Assembly (NCBI GenBank): GCA_043750125.1
Contig: JAYVCD010000356.1
Coordinates: 1 to 24,170, forward strand
DNA from: Archangiaceae bacterium
GTDB taxonomy: Bacteria; Myxococcota; Myxococcia; Myxococcales; Myxococcaceae
Length of the DNA stretch: 24,170 nucleotides
Direction: 5' to 3'
Position 1 is the first letter of the stretch. Every line of letters starts with the position of its first letter. Position numbers and translations under genes: made by a program. Below are positions 18,283-24,170 of this stretch, in pieces. Under the pieces are notes generated by a model, which had not been told where the DNA came from, ran no database searches, and was given only the letters and a program-made list of their open reading frames with translations.

Positions 18283-18753
18283 TCACAGCTCGAGGGTCAT
18301 TTCGACCATCGTTCTTCGAAAGCCCAACTTCTCGAACAGCCGCTGCCCCTCGAGGTTGGCCTGGGCGGTCATCAACACCACCCGGGGCGCGCCCAGGGCC
18401 TTGAGCTTCGCGCACGCCGCAGCCATCAGCTTCGAAGCGATTCCCTGTTTGCGCATGCTCTCGTCGACCTGAATGTCGTGCACCGCGCCGCAGCGATCGA
18501 GCAGCGCATTCCAGTTTCGAGGCTCGAGCCCCCCGTACACGTACCCGACAATCTGCTGATCCCGGGTCGCCACCAGCAACACCACTTCTTCGTCGCTCAG
18601 TTGCCCCGAGAAGAAGCGGTGGTAGCCCTGCTCGATCGGCTCGATCAGCATGAAGCGTTTGGGATCCCACTGGTGATGCAGGCGGACCAGCGCGGCGGCG
18701 AGCTTTGAAACCGGCCCCAGATCTTCGGGGCCTGCCGGGCGGATCTCAATCAT
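18283..18753 (-). CDS. GNAT family N-acetyltransferase
   Basis: IEIRPA, IVGYVYG, VHDIQVDESMRKQGIASKLM (acetyl-CoA motif A), NLEGQRLFEKLGF; ATGA overlap with the upstream cyclase stop. Confidence 0.93.
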   Translation of the reverse strand: MIEIRPAGPEDLGPVSKLAAALVRLHHQWDPKRFMLIEPIEQGYHRFFSGQLSDEEVVLLVATRDQQIVGYVYGGLEPRNWNALLDRCGAVHDIQVDESMRKQGIASKLMAAACAKLKALGAPRVVLMTAQANLEGQRLFEKLGFRRTMVEMTLEL

Positions 18754-19733
18754 CGGGGGACGATCGTCGATTCGCTCATGTGCGCCATCGGGTCCGAGAG
18801 GAATTCCAGCGTCAGCACTCCGCCCACCCGCACCCGCGTGCCCGGGCGCACCGCAGCCTCTTCGCCCTTTCCCATCGATTTTCCGTCCACCTCGGTCATC
18901 GCCTCGGACACCGACCGCAGCACGAAGCCCGTGGCGCGCCGATGCAATTCGAAGTGCCAGCGGCTGATTCGGTTGGTGTCGTTCGGGTCGGCGACGACCA
19001 GCAACACGTCGTTGGCGATCACTCCGTCTTGCTCTTTGAGCCGCCCGAACCGAATCACGTCATGCGAGGGCAGGGGCAGCTCGGCGCCATCGGAAAAACG
19101 AATGCTGGCGGGGAACACCTGGGGGTCATGCCAGTCGAGGGACAGCAGGTCGACCGGCCGCTCGATGCCTTTGAGCGGGCTCGGCTTCAGACGGCGGCAC
19201 TTCAGTCGCAGCCGGACATCGGTCAGGGCCATGAAGGCCTCGCGGGTCAGCCGTATTTCTCCCGCGCTGGCCGAGCCCGTCACCCGCGAACAGAAGTTCG
19301 CCGCGTCACCCGAGACCTGCGCTCCATCGGTCAGCACCGGCCCGAAGTGACAGCCGACCCGCACCCCCAACCGTTCGTCATTCGACCGACTGTCGTTGTC
19401 GAACGCGATCTGCGCCTGCAGCTCGACCATCGCGTTCAGGGCCTCGTCGGCCGAGGGGAAACACAAAAAGGCTCCGTCGCCCGCGGTGTCGATCACCCGG
19501 CCGCCCAGCGGAGAAATCGCGCGGTGCACCAGGTCGACGTGACGCTGCTGCAGCTTGCGACCCGCCTCGTCGCCGAACCGGGCGAAGTAGGGCGTCGAGC
19601 CGACGACATCGGTGAACACCAGCGCGAGGCGCTTTTCAAAGCGACGAATCAGCGCCTTCGACAACCTGTCCTGCAGCCGGATGATCTCGGTCATCGACAG
19701 CCGTTCGGGAAGATCGTCAAAGTCCTTCGACAT
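18750..19733 (-). CDS. Class III nucleotide cyclase fused to a C-terminal FHA domain
   Basis: VFTDVVGST, DTAGDGAF, VRVGCHFGPV and GDAANFCSRV cyclase motifs; IRFGR...ISRWHFEL FHA motifs. Confidence 0.9.
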   Translation of the reverse strand: MSKDFDDLPERLSMTEIIRLQDRLSKALIRRFEKRLALVFTDVVGSTPYFARFGDEAGRKLQQRHVDLVHRAISPLGGRVIDTAGDGAFLCFPSADEALNAMVELQAQIAFDNDSRSNDERLGVRVGCHFGPVLTDGAQVSGDAANFCSRVTGSASAGEIRLTREAFMALTDVRLRLKCRRLKPSPLKGIERPVDLLSLDWHDPQVFPASIRFSDGAELPLPSHDVIRFGRLKEQDGVIANDVLLVVADPNDTNRISRWHFELHRRATGFVLRSVSEAMTEVDGKSMGKGEEAAVRPGTRVRVGGVLTLEFLSDPMAHMSESTIVPR

Positions 19734-19744
19734 CGGTCGTGAAG

Positions 19745-21076
19745 TTATATCCGAAGGTCGTTCGCCGCGGACTGCTGTCGAGTGACCAGGTCGGCGGTGC
19801 GCTCGAGCCGCTCGCTCACCAGCCGCGTCACCATCGGTATCACCGCCGGGTGGTTCAGCACCTTGTCGCGAAAGACCTCGGCCGGCAGGCAGAGCACCAC
19901 CACCGGGCCGGCCGCCTCGACCGTCGCCGACGCGCGCTGGTTGAGCACCACCGAGATTTCTCCAAACGAGTCGCCTTCGCGCAGGTTGGGATAGCGCACC
20001 ATGCTGCGGGCGATGTCGCGGTGGAGCACCTGGCAGGTGCCGCGCAGCAACAGGTACACCGATTCGTTCGGCTGGCCCTCTTCGATGATCGCATCTCCGC
20101 TCGAATACATTCGCGAGGTGAAGTGCTCGGCCACCGACTGCTTTTGTTGTTCGCTCAACGGGTGCAGCAACGGGCTCGAGCGCAGCAAGTTGGCCAGCAG
20201 GCGGTCGCGGTAGAAGCGTTGAATCGCCTCGCCGACCTTCGGGTGTTTGGCGGTCAGCCCCTCGAGGCTGACGCGCGCAAACTCGAGCACGATCACCGGC
20301 CCTTCGGCCACCACCGTCGCCAACCGCGGCGAGTCGGACAGCAGCGCCATCTCGCCGAAGAAGTCCCCCTCGGTCATCTGCGCCACCTTCCGGGCCGGCT
20401 GACCATCGACCGTACGGACCACGCTCACCTTGCCCTCGGCAATCGCATACATCGCCTGCCCCGGCTCGCCTTCGACCACGATCGCTTCCCCGTCGTAGAA
20501 CGCGCGCGGCTCGACGACGTTGAGCACGTGCACGAACTCGTCGCGGCTCAGGTCCGAGAACAACGGGATCACCGGCAGGCTCACCGCGGACTTCACAGGC
20601 TCGATCTCCTCGGGGATGACTTCGAGCTCGAGCGGAATTTCGATTTCGAGCTCGAACTCCGAGGCGGCCTCTTCCTCGCCCAGCAGCGCGCCCACCTCAA
20701 GCGGAGCCGGTGCGGTCGAGCTCACCGCCCGCGTGACCTGGGGCGCTTCTGACGGCCTTCGACCGGCATAGAGCCTGGCCAACGATTGCACAGTGGCGAC
20801 GTGCTTCGGGTCGAGGTTGAGGATCACTTTGCACAGCGCGGTGGCCTTGAAGAACTGGCCGAGGTCGGCGTACCGGTTCACCACCTGGATGTACTGGGCA
20901 ATCGCCTCAGTCTTCTTTCCCTGCCGCGCGAGGATCTCGGCCACCTTCTGCCGGGCTCCCAGCTCTCCGGGAACCGCTGCGACGACCTTCTGGAACTCTT
21001 CGAGCGCCGCGGGCAGCTTGCCCCGGGCGAGCAGCTGGGTCCCACGGTCTTTGTGCTTCCGGACAGCGTCTGACAT
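19745..21076 (-). CDS. TPR plus tandem cyclic-nucleotide-binding domain protein
   Basis: N-terminal TPRs; acidic linker; IPLFSDL..IVVEGEPGQAMYAIAEGKV..GDFFGEMALLSDSPRLATV; second domain GDSFGEISVVLNQRASATV; no HTH seen. Confidence 0.92.
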   Translation of the reverse strand: MSDAVRKHKDRGTQLLARGKLPAALEEFQKVVAAVPGELGARQKVAEILARQGKKTEAIAQYIQVVNRYADLGQFFKATALCKVILNLDPKHVATVQSLARLYAGRRPSEAPQVTRAVSSTAPAPLEVGALLGEEEAASEFELEIEIPLELEVIPEEIEPVKSAVSLPVIPLFSDLSRDEFVHVLNVVEPRAFYDGEAIVVEGEPGQAMYAIAEGKVSVVRTVDGQPARKVAQMTEGDFFGEMALLSDSPRLATVVAEGPVIVLEFARVSLEGLTAKHPKVGEAIQRFYRDRLLANLLRSSPLLHPLSEQQKQSVAEHFTSRMYSSGDAIIEEGQPNESVYLLLRGTCQVLHRDIARSMVRYPNLREGDSFGEISVVLNQRASATVEAAGPVVVLCLPAEVFRDKVLNHPAVIPMVTRLVSERLERTADLVTRQQSAANDLRI

Positions 21077-21130
21077 CGGACCGCTTTAACACGCACGTTT
21101 CGCTCGACGAGGGTGGTGTAAGGAAGAGCG

Positions 21131-21718
21131 ATGATGGGGCGCTTCGAAGAAGCCCTCGCCCAGAATCCCGCGCCGAAGCGGCTGGGCGACATTCAGCTTC
21201 GCTATGAGCCGTCGCTGTTGATCGGCGAGGCCGATCGTCCTCCGCGCGGAAGCGCCTTCCTCGCGTTGGGATTCGTCGGCGCCGCCTTCGGGTTGGCCAC
21301 CCTGGGGGCCTTGCTGACCGATGCGTCCACCCAGACGGTGGCAGGCTGCGCCGCGCTCACCGGGCTGGCCTTCTTCACCCTCGTGCAGTGGGACCAACGG
21401 GCCCGCCGACAGCGCCGGTTCGTTCTCAACTTCGGCACCACCAGCCTGCGGCTCGATTTCTCGACGCCTTTCGCCAACCAACCCCGCACCCTGGTGCTCC
21501 ACTTCGACGGGGTTCGCGACTGTTCGATGTGCACCCAGAGCGATGGTCAGGTCGCCCTCACCGTCGACTTCGTCACCGCGTCGTCCAGCCCTCAGGTGTT
21601 GCGCGAAGTGTTGGTGGCGAACATTCCCCTCTCGCAAGAAGCCGCGGCGATTCGTCTCCACCGGGTGCTCAAGGGCGCCTTCGGGCTCGGCGAGCCCCCC
21701 GCAGCCGTCGAACCGTAG
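21131..21718 (+). CDS. Hypothetical membrane protein (two TM helices, soluble C-terminal beta domain)
   Basis: 195-aa ORF filling the gap between flanking genes; hydrophobic AFLALGFVGAAFGLATLGALL and VAGCAALTGLAFFTLV followed by an Arg cluster. Confidence 0.7.
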   Translation: MMGRFEEALAQNPAPKRLGDIQLRYEPSLLIGEADRPPRGSAFLALGFVGAAFGLATLGALLTDASTQTVAGCAALTGLAFFTLVQWDQRARRQRRFVLNFGTTSLRLDFSTPFANQPRTLVLHFDGVRDCSMCTQSDGQVALTVDFVTASSSPQVLREVLVANIPLSQEAAAIRLHRVLKGAFGLGEPPAAVEP

Positions 21719-21727
21719 ACATGCGAA

Positions 21728-21753
21728 GGGCCCGGTCCGCGAAGACCGAGCCC
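21728..21753. terminator. GC-rich hairpin between convergent genes, probable terminator
   Basis: Minus strand GGGCTCGGTC-TTCGCG-GACCGGGCCC, 10-bp stem with one G-U pair; only a weak U tract. Confidence 0.5.
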
Positions 21754-21779
21754 GTGCACTGCGAAACGAAACGGGATGC

Positions 21780-22250
21780 TCAGTAAGCCTGGGCCTGCGC
21801 GTACTGGGCGAGGCGGGTCGCGTTGTGCTGAACCATCGTCTCGAGGTCCGCCTGCTTGGCCGCATCGGACTGCTGGCTCGACTTCAGCGCGTCGGCCGCC
21901 ATCCCCGCGATCTTCAAGATGTCATTGGTGTTGCCACCCAACGCCTTCATCGCGCTGCTGGCGAAGTTCATTCCCGCGGGCCCAATCCACCCCGAGACCT
22001 TGCCCATCACCGAGCCCATCGTCTTGTTCAAGGCCCCACCGACGCCCGTCCCGCCGAGGAAGCTCGCCGCGGCGCCCAGCAGGTTGCCCGACTTCAGCGC
22101 TTCGACCCCGTTGTAGACCCGGGCTGCGATCGCGATGAAGGGACCCACGACCGGAATGAAAGAGCAGGCAAAGCTCAAGATCGGGCTCTTGAGGACCGTC
22201 TTGACGACTCCGACGACGGCACCTGCCACCTTCTTGAGGACGCTACCCAT
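21780..22250 (-). CDS. Hypothetical Gly/Ala-rich amphipathic protein (156 aa)
   Basis: GGAG RBS 6 nt upstream; G/C-ending codons; cationic amphipathic N-terminus and hydrophobic FACSFIPVVGPFIAIAA segment. Confidence 0.8.
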   Translation of the reverse strand: MGSVLKKVAGAVVGVVKTVLKSPILSFACSFIPVVGPFIAIAARVYNGVEALKSGNLLGAAASFLGGTGVGGALNKTMGSVMGKVSGWIGPAGMNFASSAMKALGGNTNDILKIAGMAADALKSSQQSDAAKQADLETMVQHNATRLAQYAQAQAY

Positions 22251-22301
22251 GAGGCACTCCGGTTCAGCGAGAAAAGATTGTTGAAAGGACGACGTAAGGG
22301 G

Positions 22302-22328
22302 TTATCCGAAGCGGTGTGGGGAAGTTGC
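22302..22328 (-). promoter_or_regulatory. Possible sigma28 (FliA/WhiG)-like promoter
   Basis: GCAA-N15-TCGGATAA versus consensus TAAA-N15-GCCGATAA, about 50 nt upstream of the ATG at 22250. Confidence 0.35.
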
Positions 22329-22333
22329 GCTGA

Positions 22334-22750
22334 TCAGGCGTTGCCGCCCGGCTTCCCTCTGCGCTGCTTCTTCAGTTCTTCCTTGAGCTTGGAGTCTTCC
22401 GCGTTCCGTTCCCCCGACGGAAATTCCGGAGTCTCCATCTGCATCAGCTTCGGCTTTGCCGCCTGGAAGTCGGTCTTGGTGGCGACCGTCGCCATTTCCA
22501 GCTCCTGATCGAATTGCCTAATGATGTCAGCCTCTTTCGGGAGCGTCAGGCCGAACCGCTCGCGCGCGACCTCGTCGGTCACCACCACCAATTCCGGCTT
22601 CGCATCGGGGTTCATCGCGAAGAAGAGGACCCCCTCGACGTACTCTTCCAGCGGCACTTCCAGCTTCTTGGCGATCAGTGCGGTGTTCGGGTCCGCGAGG
22701 ATCTTCTTTTTGATTTCGAAGGGATTCTTGGGGCCCTTTTCGTCGCTCAT
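22334..22750 (-). CDS. Hypothetical charged cytoplasmic protein (138 aa)
   Basis: Glu/Lys-rich ORF with typical codon bias, no signal peptide or TM helix. Confidence 0.8.
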   Translation of the reverse strand: MSDEKGPKNPFEIKKKILADPNTALIAKKLEVPLEEYVEGVLFFAMNPDAKPELVVVTDEVARERFGLTLPKEADIIRQFDQELEMATVATKTDFQAAKPKLMQMETPEFPSGERNAEDSKLKEELKKQRRGKPGGNA

Positions 22751-22785
22751 TTTTCAAAGGGTACTGTGGCCACGGAGATCAGTCC

Positions 22786-23166
22786 ATGAAGGTCGAACGC
22801 TTCCAACCCGAGCGCCACTACCCCACGTTTTGTGCGTGGACCCGCTGGTACGAAATCGCGCCCCTGCCGCTTCAGTTCCTGCCCCAATCGGGCTTCGTGG
22901 TCGAAGACGTGGCGATGGGATTCTTGTATCGCACCGACTCGAAGCTGGCGCTGATCGAGAACCTCTCGGCGAACCCGATGCTGCCCCGCGAGACCCGGAC
23001 CCTGGGGCTCGACGCGGTGGTGGCCGCGATCGCCGAAGAGGGGCGCGCGCTCGGGTTCGAAGTCCTGGTCGGCTACACCAACGTCAACGCGGTGATAGAA
23101 CGCGCGCTGCGCCACGGCTTCACGACCGACGATGAGAAATTTCAGGTCGTGACCAAAGTGCTTTGA
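22786..23166 (+). CDS. Hypothetical protein with degenerate GNAT-like fold
   Basis: GGAG RBS; FLPQSGFVV..AMGFLYRTDSKLALIENLSANP...R..GLDAVV...GRALGF...ALRHGF follows the GNAT strand/helix pattern. Confidence 0.7.
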   Translation: MKVERFQPERHYPTFCAWTRWYEIAPLPLQFLPQSGFVVEDVAMGFLYRTDSKLALIENLSANPMLPRETRTLGLDAVVAAIAEEGRALGFEVLVGYTNVNAVIERALRHGFTTDDEKFQVVTKVL

Positions 23167-23198
23167 GCGCGCACGGGCAGGGGTTGGGGTAGGGCGGA

Positions 23199-24170
<972 letters not shown>

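Noticed and set aside
18750-21076. Calling the cyclase and cNMP-binding pair a canonical Pycsar system
   Set aside because: The receptor has no TIR or transmembrane effector domain and the context is not a defence island; kept only as an analogy.

Overview
GC-rich bacterial window, very probably myxobacterial (MYXO-CTERM-type tail, Cys-rich MopE-type repeat lipoprotein, DUF1592/DUF1552 pair, TPR-cNMP protein). Left to right: the 3' part of a large surface protein; a 976-aa repeat lipoprotein; tRNA-Glu(CTC) with promoter and bidirectional terminator; an orphan AlgI/AlgJ-type O-acetylation pair; a frameshifted Phi-1/EXORDIUM-like lipoprotein; an NCS1 transporter; a DUF1592 haem-c lipoprotein with its Tat-exported DUF1552 partner; a decayed patch of secreted-protein genes (including GH16); a tight five-gene minus-strand operon (TPR-2xcNMP receptor, class III cyclase-FHA, GNAT, stand-alone TPR, MFS); four hypotheticals; and the 3' part of thiC. 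Best candidates for new biology: (i) the cyclic-nucleotide operon, whose cyclase keeps all four catalytic residues but has a non-canonical Asp/Gln base-specificity pair, and (ii) the cluster at 21780-23166 with an amphipathic membrane-active-looking protein behind a sigma28-like promoter. All family calls come from motif recognition by eye; no database search was run.
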